Shown: positions 1 through 16,990 of the stretch, piece by piece
Position numbering within the stretch: the stretch's first letter is position 1
How the letters are laid out: each line of letters starts with the position of its first letter
Assembly (NCBI RefSeq): GCF_009914755.1
Contig: NC_060932.1
Source of the DNA: the human T2T-CHM13v2.0 reference genome, Homo sapiens
DNA: 64,000 nt
Reading direction: 5' to 3' (one strand)
Program-made: the position numbers and the translations under genes
The notes under the pieces: model-generated
The model's database searches: none
The model's input: only the letters and a program-made list of their open reading frames with translations
Told to the model about the DNA's origin: nothing

Positions 1-59
1 AAAGAGATGGTCCCTGGAACAATTTGGTGGTTTCACTTAAAATCAACTGGGAAAACATC

Positions 60-940
<881 letters not shown>

Positions 941-1584
941 CAACTACTTACCTTTGACCTCTGTTGAAAATCCAGTGACCATATATGTGTTTCTTTTCCT
1001 GGACTCTGTATTCTGTTTCATAGCTACTTATGCTAATATCACAGTAAAATAATAAAAAACTAAATAAATAAAAAAACCCCACAAACAGCCTATTTACCCC
1101 AGTTTCTTTTATGTAGTACATCACTTCCAGGTATCAACAAAAATTCCACAGTGCTATAAAAGAAAAAACACAGTTTGAAGAGATGGTAAGCATCAGAACG
1201 AGGCTCAGATATGAAAGAGATGTTCATGTTATAAGACCAGATATTGAGAACAACTATGATTAATATGTTAAAGGCTTTAATGAATAACATAGACAGCATG
1301 CAAGAGCAGATGGGCAGTGAAGCAGAGACACAGAAACTCTAAGAAAGAATCAAAAGGCAGTGTGAGAGATCAAAAGCACTGCAACATAAATGAAGAATGC
1401 CTTCCATTCAAAAATGTGCAAAGAACCCTTACAACTCAACAATAAGAATACAAACAAGTGAACAAAAACATGAGCCAAAGACAATGACAGGCACCCCATC
1501 AGAGAACATATACAGATGGCAGATAAGCATATGAAGAGGCAGTTAACATCATATGCCACCAAGAAAATTCAAATTAAAATCAGA

Positions 1585-1878
1585 ATGAAACTGGAAGCCA
1601 TTGTCTTAAGTAGAATTCAGAAACAGAGAGTCAAATAGCATATGTTCTTACCTATAGCAGGGAGCTAAATAATATCTACACATGCACATATGGAGTGGAA
1701 TAATGGACCCGAGGCTAGGAAGTGTGGGGGCAGGTGAGGGGTGAGGAATTACCTAATGGTTACAATGTACACTATTAGGGTGATGGTTACACCAAAAGCC
1801 CAGACTTCACCACTATGCCACATAACCATATAACAAAATGACACTTGTGCCCCCTAAATCTATAAAAATAAAAAAATT
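1585..1878 (+). mobile_element. 5'-truncated L1MA-like 3' end
   Basis: tggaagccattgtcttaag...aaaagcccagacttcaccactatg...cccctaaatctataaaaataaaaa. Confidence 0.75.
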
Positions 1879-2122
1879 AAAGGAATGACATACCACTACA
1901 CACCAATTAGAATAGCCCAAATCCAGAACACTGATGACACCAAATGCTGGCAAGAATGTGGAGCCACAGGAATGCTCATTCATTGCTAGTGGGAATGAAA
2001 ACTGTTCAGTCTCTTTGGAAGACAGTTCAGCAGTTTCTTACACAACTAAACACAACCTTACAATAGGATCTAGCAATCATGCTCCTTGATATTTGACCAA
2101 AAGAACTGAAAAGTTATTTCTA

Positions 2123-2581
2123 TGATAAAGGCAGGAGGCACAGAACTCTCCTATATATTTAGGGAAGGGTCCCTGGGGAACCTCTGACCCACCCAGGTCA
2201 TTATGCACAGGGGTCTTGCCGAAACATGCCCACAGTGAAAAATCCCATCTCTTACTACATGCATAGTAAGGGAAATAAATCAATGTGGAGTGGCTCAGAC
2301 TAAGGGCCCTCATGTGCACCGGAAGGGTGGGGTGGAGTCAACAGGAATTTGCTCCTTATACAAAGGAGGAGCCTGGCCTCTTCGGCTCGTGTGTGGAAAT
2401 CCTGGTACTTCATTCTGAGGGGGAAACCTGCTTGGAAAACTCCTCTCTTTGCTGAGCGCTTTCCTTTAGCCTAACAAATTCCATCCTCCTCACCCTTCAA
2501 TGTGTCTTTGTGCCTAATTTTTCCTGGTCATGAGACAAGAACCTGGATTTAGCTGAACTAAGGAGCAAAAATCTTGCATCA
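2123..2581 (+). mobile_element. ERV1 solo LTR, MER61-like (MER61C/E type)
   Basis: TG...CA termini, 4-bp TSD tcta/tcca, 3' end agctgaactaaggagcaaaaatcttgcatca, internal p53-type site. Confidence 0.75.
2212..2231. promoter_or_regulatory. Candidate p53 response element within the MER61-like LTR
   Basis: GGTCTTGCCG AAACATGCCC: two RRRCWWGYYY half-sites with no spacer; second perfect, first with 2 mismatches outside the CWWG core. Confidence 0.5.
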
Positions 2582-3223
2582 TCCATGCAAAAACCTGCAC
2601 TTGGATGTTTATAGCTGCTTTGTTCATAATCGCCAAAACCTGGAAGCAATCAAGATGTCCTTCAGTAGGTGAAAAGATAAATAAACTGCTACATCCAGAC
2701 AAGTGGATATTATTTGGCACTAAGTGAAAATAATCTATCAAGCCATGAAAAGTCACAGAGAAACATTAAGTCCATGTTACTAGTGAAAAAAACAATCTAA
2801 AAAGCTGCATACTATAGGAATCCAGTTATATGACATTCTGGAAAAGCCAAAACTATGGAGATAGTAAAAGAATCAGTGATTGCCAGGGATTGGGGGTGAG
2901 GAAGGGATGAATAGGTGGAACACAGAGGATTTTTAGGGCAGTGATATTATTCTGTACAATACTCTGATGGTTGAGATATGTCATTATACATTGTCAAAAG
3001 TCAGAATAAGCAACACCAAGAGTAAACCCTAGCATAAACTACAGAGCTTTAGTTGATAATCTATCAACATTGCCTCATAAATTATAACTAATGTATACTA
3101 TTTCATAATTTTAATAAAAAAGGAAACGGGGAAAATACAAGTTGAATTGAAATTGTCTGTATTTTCTACTCATTTTTTATGTAAACCTAAAACTGCTTTT
3201 AAAATAATTTTTAAAAAGCATGG

Positions 3224-3295
3224 AAAAGCCATCTTAGCTCACAGGTCATACAAAAGCAGGTGGTGGACCAGATTTGGTCCTGTTGTAGATCCTGG
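3224..3295 (+). mobile_element. MER58-like hAT MITE fragment
   Basis: aaaagccatcttagctcacaggtcatacaaaagcaggtggtggaccagatttggtcc resembles the MER58A 3' part. Confidence 0.55.
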
Positions 3296-3316
3296 CAGAC
3301 TTTGGCAAAGAGGCTT

Positions 3317-4990
3317 TGGGACCAGATGGAGTCTCCTTACTAGAGTACTTTAATAAGGTCAGGTACAGGGTCTGTGGCCATTAATTTAGCAAATGTTCTC
3401 CTTTCTGTTTCAATTAGAAAAGACGATTCAAAGTGATTTTTATCCATGAGAGACGAAAAACATTGTTCATTTAACTCAGGGCTAGATTTAGTCTTCTACT
3501 GGCATCATAATGTAGTGTGAAGTGTTTGGGCCCTCTGGTCTTCCCAAAGGCAGCTCTCAGATCCATTGTATTGACAGCATCCTGCTGATTGTATAGAAGG
3601 AGCAAGATCTGAATAGCACCCTGGAGGCCCTGGTAGAAAACATGTGCCCAGTGGGTAGAGATAAACTCTTCAAGGATTTGAGAACTGACTTCATCAATGA
3701 AGATTTAAGGGCCCTAGGGGTGAGGGGTATGCCAGGATAGCCCCTTCACAGTAAAGACAATATGTTGTATCTTGTACCCTTAACATAAAGAAAGAGCACT
3801 ATGGCAGGGCTTTGTGGACTCTAGGGGCAGCACATTGTATCTCTAGAAATATTGCTCTGGCCGTAGAGGGCTGCCAGCCTTGTGTGGGACCTGGAGGAGG
3901 AAAGGGCACCATTGATGCCATCTGCTCCTTGGGCCATATGACCTAGCCAACACTGTGGGAAGAGAGCAGAGTGGACTTTACTTACGCCCCAGTAGGGGAG
4001 TCACAGTGCAGGACCGGGGTCTAGGCATTACATCCATCCAGCGTTACATGCTTCAGAAAATATCTTTGGGTGGGTTCCTGGACCCTGGTGGAAATGGGTC
4101 ACATGACCATGTAGTACAATGTATGCATGCATCTAGAAATGTCCATTTTGAGCTGGGTCCTGTCAAACCTGGTAAGTTGCCAGGCCCAGAAGCAGTCCAT
4201 TTTAAGTGAAAGATGGAATATCCCAAATGTATGCAGGCAGAGTGCACGGACACACCGCATGAACCACAGACCTTCTACCACACTGTCCCTAGCCCGGCTA
4301 ATATCTGTGGACATATAGGGTAGAGTTCTTACACAGTAGGCCAGAAGAGAAGGAAAGAACCCTGCACTTGGTTTGAAGATGTGTTGACTTGTGTGTAGGT
4401 GTAAACTGAAAATAGATAGGGATGCATTGTTGACACATGCAGAAGTGACCTTGAAAAATGGAAGGAGGACATCTTCCCATGGTCAGAACTGTGAGCAATG
4501 CACCTAGTCATACACTATTGTGGAAAGTGAAGTGGCGGAAGATAAGACTCCATGGAGATTTCTGGACAATAGCCAATTACTTGGCCATGTGATGAGGTGT
4601 TTGCAAAAAAAAAAAATTACTAGAGAACAAAGGAGTCTGGGATAAAGGAATGTGGAGGATATAAGATGGGAGGTAAGGCACAAAGGGGAAAAGTGCTCAT
4701 ATCCTTTCCATTATGTCTGCTAGAAAGCATCGGCCATGGAACAGGCACTGAATGACCAAATCGACACTATAACCCCGCCAGCTGATGTTAACCAGCCTTT
4801 GTCGTCCCTCTTGCCAGAGCTGGCACTATGGACACAAGAGCTGAGCACAAGGATGGAGCTGCATGTGGACCCAGCCCAGTGCTTCCCTGAATGTTAACCT
4901 TCCTGCAACAGAGACCAACATTGACTCTCTAGTGTGACACAGCTCTTGAGGACACCAGCTAGCCTCCTGATGGTAAGTTAGCTACACTGA
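3317..4990 (+). pseudogene. Decayed ERV-L pol (RT, RNase H, start of integrase)
   Basis: Collinear frameshifted motifs: AINLAN (~3375; cf. AIDLANAFFS), tgtattgacagcatcctgctgatt (~3566; cf. YIDDIMLI), WVLS (~4153), WFED (~4368; cf. WFTDG), SSxWSEL*AMHLV (~4472), KGMW (~4645), QQRPTL and W*VSYTE (~4905-4990; cf. WQVDYIGP). Confidence 0.8.
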
Positions 4991-5141
4991 GCTGGGGTCA
5001 CATTCCTCCTCTAAAGGACATATAGACGCCAGCTCCTCCAGCTTCTTCCCGTTTTCTCTTACATATATTTTCCACAATACGTTTCTCTCCTGTTGAGAAC
5101 TGTCTTGATGTCTTTTCTTCTCAGGGGCCCTGAACTAACAC
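4991..5141 (+). mobile_element. 3' fragment of an ERVL-type LTR
   Basis: Ends ...tcttgatgtcttttcttctcaggggccctgaactaacaca, resembling the U5 end of LTR16/33/40-class LTRs. Confidence 0.4.
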
Positions 5142-5145
5142 AACA

Positions 5146-7620
<2,475 letters not shown>

Positions 7621-7825
7621 AATATTTCCCAGCAATTTATTCATGGGTAATTACATATTCTAAAATATTCTTATTATTTTTATTCAGAATACCTCCAAAC
7701 TGGAAACTACTCAAATGCACATTAACAGTGGCATGCAATCTATTGTATATCATGGTGACTATAAGTAGTAAAAGAGTATTATATACTTGAAAATTGCTAA
7801 AAGAGTAGATTTTAAGTGTTCTGAC

Positions 7826-7828
7826 CAC

Positions 7829-7860
<32 letters not shown>
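7826..7860. repeat. (CA)n microsatellite
   Basis: cacacacgcacacac... run. Confidence 0.95.
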
Positions 7861-7862
<2 letters not shown>

Positions 7863-7867
7863 GTATG

Positions 7868-9190
7868 TAATGCTGAAATGAACATGCGAATGCAGAAATC
7901 TCTTTGACATACTGTTGAAATACTGATTTCAATTCCTCTGGATATACCCAATTTTGTATAATTTTATAACAATTTTTTACACTTTCATACCCAGAAGTGG
8001 GACTGCTAGATCACATGGTGGTTCTATTTTTTGTTTTTTAAGGAACTCCCATACTATTTTCAAAAATGGCTGTACTCATTTACATTCCTACCAATAGTGC
8101 ACAAGAGTTCCATTTTCACTACATCCTCACCAACACTTGCTATCATTCTTCTTTTTGATAATAGCCATTCTTACAGGTGTGAGGTGATATCTCATTGTGG
8201 TTTTAATTTGCATTTTCCTGATGATTAGTGATATTGATTAGTGATGATTAGTGATTTTTTCATACAACTGTTGGCCATTTTCGTGTTTCTTTTGAGAAGT
8301 GTCTGTTTAGATTCTTGACATTTTTTGCTGAGTTTTTTGTTTTCTTGACTGACTTGTTTGAGCTCCTTATATCTTTGCATTATTAGCTCCTTATCTGATG
8401 CATGATTTCCAGATGTTTTTTCCCAATTCATGAGTTGTTTATTCACTCTGTTAATTGTTTCCTGTGCTGTGCAGAACCTTTTCAATTTGGCATAATCCCA
8501 CTTCTCTGTATTTGCTTTTGTTGCCTGTGCTTTTGGAGTCCTATCCAAGAAATCATTGCCCAGACCAATGTCATTTAACTTTTCCCCCATGCTGCATTTC
8601 CATATTCATCGCAGCACTATTCACAGCAGCCAAGATATGGAAGCACCTAAATATCCATTGATAAACAAAATGTGAGATATATCTATATATGCAATGGAGT
8701 ACCATACAGCCTTTAATAAGTAGGAAATTTTGTTCTTTTTGACAACATGGATGGAACTGGAGGATTTTATGCTAAGTGAAGATAAGCTAGGCACAGAAAG
8801 ACAAATACTGTATGAACTCACTTATATGCAGCTCACATAAAAGTTGATTTCATAGAAACAGAGAATAGAAAAGGGGTTATCAGAGGCTAGGAAGGGGGTA
8901 GGGATGAGGAAAGGATAGAGATTGATCAAAGAGAACAAAGTTTCAGTTAGACTAGAGGAAGAAGTAATTTACTGCACTGCATGGTGACCACAGCTAATAA
9001 TAACACATTGTATATTTCAAAACTGCTAAAAGAATAGATTTTTTAATGTTCTCACCACAAAAAAAATAAGTTTATGAGGTGACAGATATATTAGCTTGAT
9101 TCTTTCTACAAAGTATATGTAAATAAAACATCACATTATACCCCATAAATATACGCAACTATTATTTGTCAATTAAAAATAAATTTTAAA
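7868..9190. mobile_element. L1MA with 5' inversion: minus-strand ORF2 piece ~7868-8590, plus-strand 3' end ~8591-9190
   Basis: Minus ORF MGEKLNDIGLGNDFLDRTPKAQATKA (L1 ORF2 C-terminal region); plus piece starts where the inverted piece ends in L1 coordinates; aagtatg on both flanks. Confidence 0.85.
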
Positions 9191-9789
9191 AGTATGGCAG
9201 AAAATGCTTGTTAAGTAATTTTATTTAGCCATTTCACAGTATATACATATACTAAATCATCATGTTGTACACTAAAAATATATACAATTTTTGTCAATTT
9301 AAAAATAAAAAATACATAAAACAGTAGAAAGCATTAATAAATTGTGGTATATCCAACCAATGGCACAATGAGTATGACCGAACTACTGCTACTTGCAGTA
9401 GCATTGATGATTATCACAAGCATCATGTTGACTAGACAATTTACACACTAACTTGTATATACTGTATTATTTCCATTTATGAAGTATAAAAATTATTAAA
9501 TTAATAAAATTCAGAATAGTGGCTACATTTGGAGTAGTGGCTGGCAGAAAAAGTGAAGGGGCCTCCAGGATACAGATAATATTCCAATATTTCAGTACAA
9601 ATTTCACCTTTCCCCAGCCCCTTCTCAAATTACATTTTCAATACTGCCTTCTTTGCCACACTAGTCACTGTGTCCTCCCTGTTTGCACTTTCTTTTTTAT
9701 TTCATGAAAACTATAAAACTGGTGCTAAAAAGTCGTGTAAGCAGTGATGCTGCTTTGAGGATATGTTTCAATATTTTGCATTTCGTTTC

Positions 9790-9905
9790 ATCTGTTCAAT
9801 AAAATTAAAATGTCTGTGGCTAGAAATCAAGTTTCTTATTATTTTATTCCCAGAGTACTCAACATAGTATGAAGTACTCAGCAATGATGCAGAATGGAAG
9901 AATTA
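9790..9905 (+). mobile_element. L2 3' end fragment
   Basis: attcccagagtactcaacatagt...gtactcagcaatgatgcagaatggaagaat resembles the L2 terminus. Confidence 0.4.
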
Positions 9906-10303
9906 ACACTGGGTTACCCCTTTCTCTGTTGTCAGCAGGGCCCAGTGGTGTGTGGAGCCCCCACCTCCCTAGGACATGAGTCGGGCAAAATGTGGGGTGA
10001 GAGGTAGGGCTCTTCATGGCCTGCTTCCCCCTCCCTACTCTCTTGGTATCAAAGGGGCCTGGAGGGAGCTTAAGTTATGCCTTCACAATGTAGCCACAGG
10101 GGTGTGACAGCCCTCTGTTTTCTTCTCCCCAGAGGCAGACAGAAAGAACACAGAGAGAGCTTAATACAGAGAGATCTTACACCCTCACTTAGAAACCGCA
10201 AGACAGTGAGAGCAGGAGCCCCACTTTAAGCTGCTCTCACTCCAGCTGTTTGCAATGAAGCCATGTGAGTCAGTACCCACATTTTCTGTGATGATGTCAG
10301 TGT

Positions 10304-11143
10304 TGATAGTGAGACACAGAAATTCTAGGCAGACAGGGGTGGGTCCTGGTGAAACCCCACCCTCAAGCCCAAAAGCCTGAAACCCATGGCCCAAAGTGAG
10401 AACTTCCATCCCTGTTTGCCTGCTCTCTCCTGATTGGGTCTTTCTAAATAATGTCTTTTAACCAATCAAAAATTGCCTTTTCCAAAACTACCTATGGCCC
10501 CCCACCACCTCCCAATCCTGTGCCTATAAAGACCCCAGACTCAGTCAATAGAGGGGAAAAAGTCGCTTGACTAGAGAAAGGCCAATTAACTTCAGAGGAC
10601 AGTTGGATTTCAGAAGAGAGGTGGCTTAAATTCAGAAAGATGGCTTCACTTCAGGGAAGAGCCATCCAGAGATGGCCAGACTTCAGGAGAAGATTACCTG
10701 TCTGTCCCACTCCCTTTCCAGCTCTCTTCTCCACTGAGAGCCATTTCCATCACTTAACAAATTTCTTCGCTTTCACCATCCTTCAAGTTTCCAAACAACC
10801 TCATTCTTGGATGCCAGACAAGAGTTCGGGACCCACTGAATGTCAGTACCCAAAGAAAGTTGTCATGCTGGCCCTTTGCCCTTCCTGGTGGAGGGGGCAG
10901 CCACCCCACAAGATAAGGTGAGGGTCCCCCGATCTGATAACATACAGCTGTCCATGGATGGCGGAGCTAAGAAAGCATTGTAATATTCCTTCTGGTGCTT
11001 CAGGGTTTGCAGGCACCCCAACCTGGGCACTGCCATGGAGCTTGCTCATTTGCTCACTCCCACAAGGGGTTGAGTGTGGCAGCCTGAGTAAATGGGGCAC
11101 CTCCATCACAAGTCCAATGAAGGGGGAGAAAAATCCTGCATCA
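10304..11143 (+). mobile_element. ERV1 solo LTR (LTR1/LTR28-like)
   Basis: TG...CA termini, perfect 4-bp TSD gtgt, CCAAT (~10462) and TATAAA (~10525), start tgatagtgagacacagaaattctaggcagacagg. Confidence 0.85.
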
Positions 11144-12808
11144 GTGTGATCCAGTTTGAAGATAAAAACATGCAGATCCATCTAGACCTTGTGCTAAAAA
11201 GGAAAATTAAATAGGACTCACAGTCTTCTAACATGGAATTTAAAATGTCCAGAATACAATTTAAAAATCACTTATGATACCCAGAACATGGACAATAACA
11301 ATAAGAGTGACAAAAGTCAATCACCAGATAACAACACAGAGATAAGCTGGATACCGAAATTAGTTGACAAAGATGTTAAAACAGCTAAAAGTACAAATAC
11401 AATTCAATGAGGAAAGAACAGACTTTCTAGCGAGTGGTTCTGGAACAACTGGATAGCTACAAGAAAAGAATAAACTTCACCTCTTATACAGAGAAGAACT
11501 CAAAATGAATCATAGGTCATCAATGTCAGAGCTAAACCTATAAAACACACAGAAAAAAAGATCATGAATAAATTTTTACAACTTTATTAAACATGATACA
11601 CAAAGTACAGTGAAAAAAGTGAAAAAACAGATAAATTAGACTTTATTAAATGAAAAACGTGTGTTTCAAAAGACACCATCAAAAAGTGAAAATACAGCTC
11701 ACAAAAATGGGACAAAAACTTGTACAGTGTTCATAGATAAGGAACTTGTATTCAGAATATCCTGAATAAATAAGGAATTCTTACAACTAGACCGTAAGAT
11801 AAATAACACAAATAAAAGTGGGTAAATGACTTGACTGTCCATTTCTCAAAAGAAGATATACAAATGGTCACTAAGTACATGAAAAAATGCTCAATATCAC
11901 TATTAGGAACATGTAAATCAAAACCATCATGATATACAGCTTTATACTAAGTAGAGTGGCTAAAACCTATAGTAGAAAGACAATAACAGGTGTTGTTGAG
12001 TATGATGAGAAATTGGAATGCTCATACTTTGCAGTGTAACTTTTTTTAGGCTACAAGCTACCAACAAGGCAGGGAACAGACTTTAAAGAACCGGTCCAGT
12101 AAAATTAATAGCCAAATAAACAACAACTATGGCAACAGAAAAAAGAAACAGCAACACAGCCCAGAAAAGAGAGGAGATCTGATTACCAGTGCTGACACAT
12201 TATATTATTTAAAACGTCCAGATTTTAATAAAAAGTATTGTTTGATTCCATTTTTATGGAATGTCCAGAATAGGAAAAAAAACTAAATGAGTAGTGGACT
12301 GGGGCTGGAGCTGGTGGGTGAGTGGGATGGGGAGGATAAGGAGAATTACACATAAATTTTAGGGTGATAAAAATGTTCTAAGATTAGGTTGCAGTGGTAG
12401 TTGAATAGCTCTGTTACCATATTGAAATGATTTAGTTCTATTTTAAAATAGGTAAGCTTTATGATATTAAAAGTATACTTCAATAAAGCTGTAGAACACA
12501 TAAATGAAAATTATAGAACTCAAAATAATGAAATAAAAACTAAAACTAGTTGTTTTATAGCTACAAAAAAATTTCACTGCATGATCTCAAGAGCAGAGTG
12601 GAGATTACAGAAATAGAATTAGTAAATGGGTGGACAAATAAATGTATTTAATCTGATTAAGAGAGACAAAATAGGTTATTTTTTAAATGATAAAGAACAG
12701 AGTCTCAGAGACCTTTCAGATAATAGCACTACAGCTAACTTTAGTATTTTTGGCATCACAGAAGGAGAGGAGAAAGAGAATGCTACTTTAAAAAAAAAAA
12801 AAATGAAG

Positions 12809-13139
<331 letters not shown>

Positions 13140-13869
13140 TCAAACTAAAAATCAAAGAAGAAAGACAACAGGAAAATCTCCATACAATTGGCGATCAAGC
13201 AACAGACTTCTAAACAGCCCATGGGTCAAAAAGAAAGTCTCAAAGTAAATTTTTAAAATGCAAATAATCAGTTGAAAATGAAAATGTAAGATATCAAAAC
13301 ATGTGTGATGTATAATTTAAGCTCCTATCTGCTTCAAGAAACCAGAAAAACAAGAACAAAATGAATCCAAAACATTTTACACTAATAATAAACCTGTGAA
13401 AATGAAAATTAAATATATAATGTCATTTATAATTCCTCCAAAGAAAAGTAAGTAAATAGGTGTAAACAATACAGCATGTACAGGAACTATATGTTATACA
13501 TATATACAACTGTATGTTGAAAATCACAACATGCTGATGAAAGAAATTTGTTTAAAGTCTTCAGTAAATAGAGACATTCCATGTTCATGGATTAGAAGAC
13601 TCAGCTTAGTAAAGCTATCAATTTCCCCCAGGCTGATAGACAGGTTTAATATCAGCAATGTTGGTACACTATCAATATGCCAGTAAGATTTTTTTAAAGA
13701 TAAGCATATTTATCCAAAAATATATATGGAAATACCAAGGGATAGCTCTGGAATAACTAAAACAATATTGGAAAAGAAGAATACAGTGTAAAGAATCACT
13801 GTACTCAATACTAAGTCCTACATTTAGCTAAAATAATCAAAATAGTATGGTATTGCAAAGGGATAGTCA

Positions 13870-13931
13870 TATATATATATATTGACATATATGTATATAT
13901 AGACGTATATATAATATATATACATATATAC
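13870..13931. repeat. (TA)n-rich low-complexity repeat
   Basis: atatatatat...tatatacatatatac. Confidence 0.85.
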
Positions 13932-16071
13932 ATTCAGATCAATGAAACAGAATCCAGAACTTAGAAACAGCCCCACACAAAGACTACCAACAGAATTTTG
14001 ACAGTGGTACAAAAACCATCAACGGAGACATGACAGTCTTTTCATCAAATGATGTTAGAGCAATTGGACATCCACAGGCAAAAATATAAACCACAACGCT
14101 TATATTCACACCTCAACCAAATTAAAACAAATCACAGTTTCGATGTAAAATATAAAAATCCATAACATTTAGGAAAAACACAGAAGTTCTTCAGAAATCT
14201 AGGTCTATTCAGAATTCTTAAACTTGACATCAAAGGAATAATCTATAAAGGAAAAAGATGATAAATTAGACTTTAATAAAAGTTAAACACTTTTGTTTTC
14301 CAAAAGTGCCTGTTAGGATGCTGGATGTTAAACTACAAAGTTAGATTTGTTTCTCATTGTTAATATTCTTTTTTAATTTTGCTTTTTTCAAAAATTTATA
14401 GAATAGTAAATTTTCCAAACATTTTTGTTTTTACTTGCTCTATTTCCCATATCTTGTAAACTCCATCTAGATTTGCTTCTCTTCTTGTTTGATTGCTGCT
14501 TGCAAAAGAATTTTTGGAATGTAAAACTTTTACAGTTTTCCATGCCTTAGGATATATTTGTTTTGCCTTTCTATTTAAAGTTTATGTTAGCTCAGCATAA
14601 AAATATAGATTTGGAGTTGTTTTCCTTCAATTGAAAATACAGCTTTATTCTCAGTTATTATTTTGTCAGATATTTCCTCCTATTTTTGTGTCTTTATGAG
14701 ACTAGTACTAAAAAAGATGTTGACATTCTGTTTCTGCCTTCATAGTTCTTTCCCTTTCTTATTTTGTTCCTCCTTGATATCTTTTAATTAATGTTTCTAC
14801 CTGACTTCTCAGCTTTTTTTATACATTCCTCCATTTTGTCCATTCTGCTTCATACAAAAGAGGTTATTCCATATATTATCTTTCTCTTGATACTAGCTAC
14901 ACTCATGAGATGACTCATTACTTCTCTCTGATGGGGCATGATTCTTGGGGGCACTATCACCTGAGCTGATGTGACAGCCTGAGTCCTAGTGATCTACCTG
15001 ATGGATTTGGGGCATAGAGAATGAGGAGGAACACATCCAAGGGCAGTATGTGGCATTAAAATCAGCAGCTTCATATTATCATTTCTGTATGGAAGACAAT
15101 GAGGTTGGCAAAAAAGAGCAGGGGACATTACAAGATAAAATTTTTTTACCACTTACAAGGATTCAGACTTTGTACTGTTGAAATGCAAGAGGACTTTCTT
15201 ATCTGTAAATATCAGCACTTAGTCTTGCTCGACTGTGTCTATAACATTTTATCATTAGAATAATGAAATTCTTATTCTGTACACACGTACTTTATATGAC
15301 CCTTCATATCTGAGTTATTTACCACACAAAATAAGTCAGAAAAAAATAGAACTGCCAAATCTAATTTTCTGTGAATATGATGTGGGAGATAAATTAGAAG
15401 ATAGAAAATGTATGCTTTATAATATTTCCAAGTTCATTTTTCTTTCTTATGTTTCTAGCTAGTTTGTTAAATCATCCACGGAAGAGGCAACCCTGACCAG
15501 TCTGAAGGCCGGATCATGGCCCAAAACCCCAGGAGCAATTTTTCTCCCTGCACAGTATAAACAGACATGAAAACATTTCAAATAGAAAATGTAATTGTTC
15601 TTGTGATTTTTGTTATAATACTGTTATAAAAAGGTATACTATCATGGTTACATTAAATATACCTTTTTCTGTTTTGTTATCTTAACTGACTTCTCTTTTC
15701 AGGTTTTCTGAACATAAGATACTTAGGTTTCAGGACTAGCTTCTCTCTTTATTTCTCTTTGTATATCTACCAGGCCTGGGAGATTTTGTCAATTTAGGGA
15801 TGTGTGAAGGACACTCTACGGTAATATAAAAGAGGCATGCATGAGGAGAGAGGCATGCCACATATAATATTAAAACAAACAAGCAAACAAAAAAACAAGA
15901 GACAGGGAAGCAACATAACCAAGTGTACAATAGCAGAGATTTACAGTTCTATTCTGAAATTTATTTATTTAACCAAAATCTGCTGAATATTAAAAATCTA
16001 CTAGTCTTTCCCTCATGGAGTTAATTTTTTTTTAATCATTTCGACATGAAAGTCCACTAAATGTGAAGTTC

Positions 16072-16104
16072 TGTGTGTGTGTGTGTGTGTGTGCGCGTGT
16101 GTGT
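16072..16104. repeat. (TG)n microsatellite
   Basis: tgtgtg...gcgcgtgtgtgt. Confidence 0.95.
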
Positions 16105-16855
16105 CTTTTGTCAGCTAAGAGTTAATAATGCAAAAAAGAACAACGGAAATGCATTGCTATTGTAGAATCCAAGGGAGTTAATCTAAATAGCTTAGCACAA
16201 TGTTTTTAAACAATGTTTTACAGTGGATTGCAACAAAAAAGTTGCAATTTTTTAATTAAAAAAACAACAAAAGAAAAATAGTAAATTTCACAATGTTATA
16301 ATAAGTTAAAATCAAGTTTTACTGTTATATGTATGTTTGTTTACACTGAGAGGCAATAAGTACATCTGCAAGTAAGTATACTGCAGTTATAGCAAACTAG
16401 CACCAAAGTCACTGAATGGCAAACTATGGTACACGTTATGCTGCATTTGGATTTCAAGTGTAAAATCTTGTAAGGAGGATTATTTCCTCTTGCTATTATT
16501 GTTATAATTCTGATTATTGTATCTGTCGCAATATATCATCTTTCATATGGAGTAAGCAAACAATCTTACAGAGCCTTTACAACTAATGCAAATCTATTAA
16601 TCACAGTCACATATCATCAGTAATTCCAAAAATGTTAACAAACTAAACCAACAATATTAATTTATAGGGATATTCCTAAATGTGAGATAGAACAATTTAA
16701 AAGATACCTAAAATAATTAAGTGAAATATTAGTACATGCTGATAAGAAAATTTTGATACAAATGACCCATATGTTCTTTTATAGTACTTTTGTACTATAC
16801 TTTTGGCTTTGTAACCTCTACAAAAGTGTTCAAATGCTGATAATTTCAAATATTT

Positions 16856-16990
16856 AATAATATTGAGCATTTACTGTATGTCAGACAATAATCAGTATTT
16901 ATATGGATTATTTTACTTAATACTTACACACCTTATGAAATTGGTATTATGTGTGTGCTAATTCAGATGAAGTGGCTGATATGGCATACA
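16856..16990 (-). mobile_element. MIR fragment
   Basis: aataatattgagcatttactgtatgtcagac...ccttatgaaattggtattat. Confidence 0.55.

Larger units (their letters stand above)
1040..3210 (+). mobile_element. Old L1M (L1MC/MD-like): ORF1-region fragment joined to ORF2 3' end and 3'UTR, interrupted by L1MA and an LTR
   Basis: L1 ORF2 3' motifs (ataccactacacacc..ttagaat, caccaaatgctggcaagaatgtgg, aaacctggaagcaatcaagatgtcc) and 3'UTR ending aaacctaaaactgct. Confidence 0.8.
7738..9315 (+). mobile_element. L1MA 3'UTR fragment (7738-7867 plus ~9195-9315) split by a younger L1MA insertion
   Basis: ttgaaaattgctaaaagagtagattttaagtgttct..aagtatg continues as ..ttagccatttcacagtatatacatat..catcatgttgtacac..ttgtcaatttaaaaataaa. 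Confidence 0.7.
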
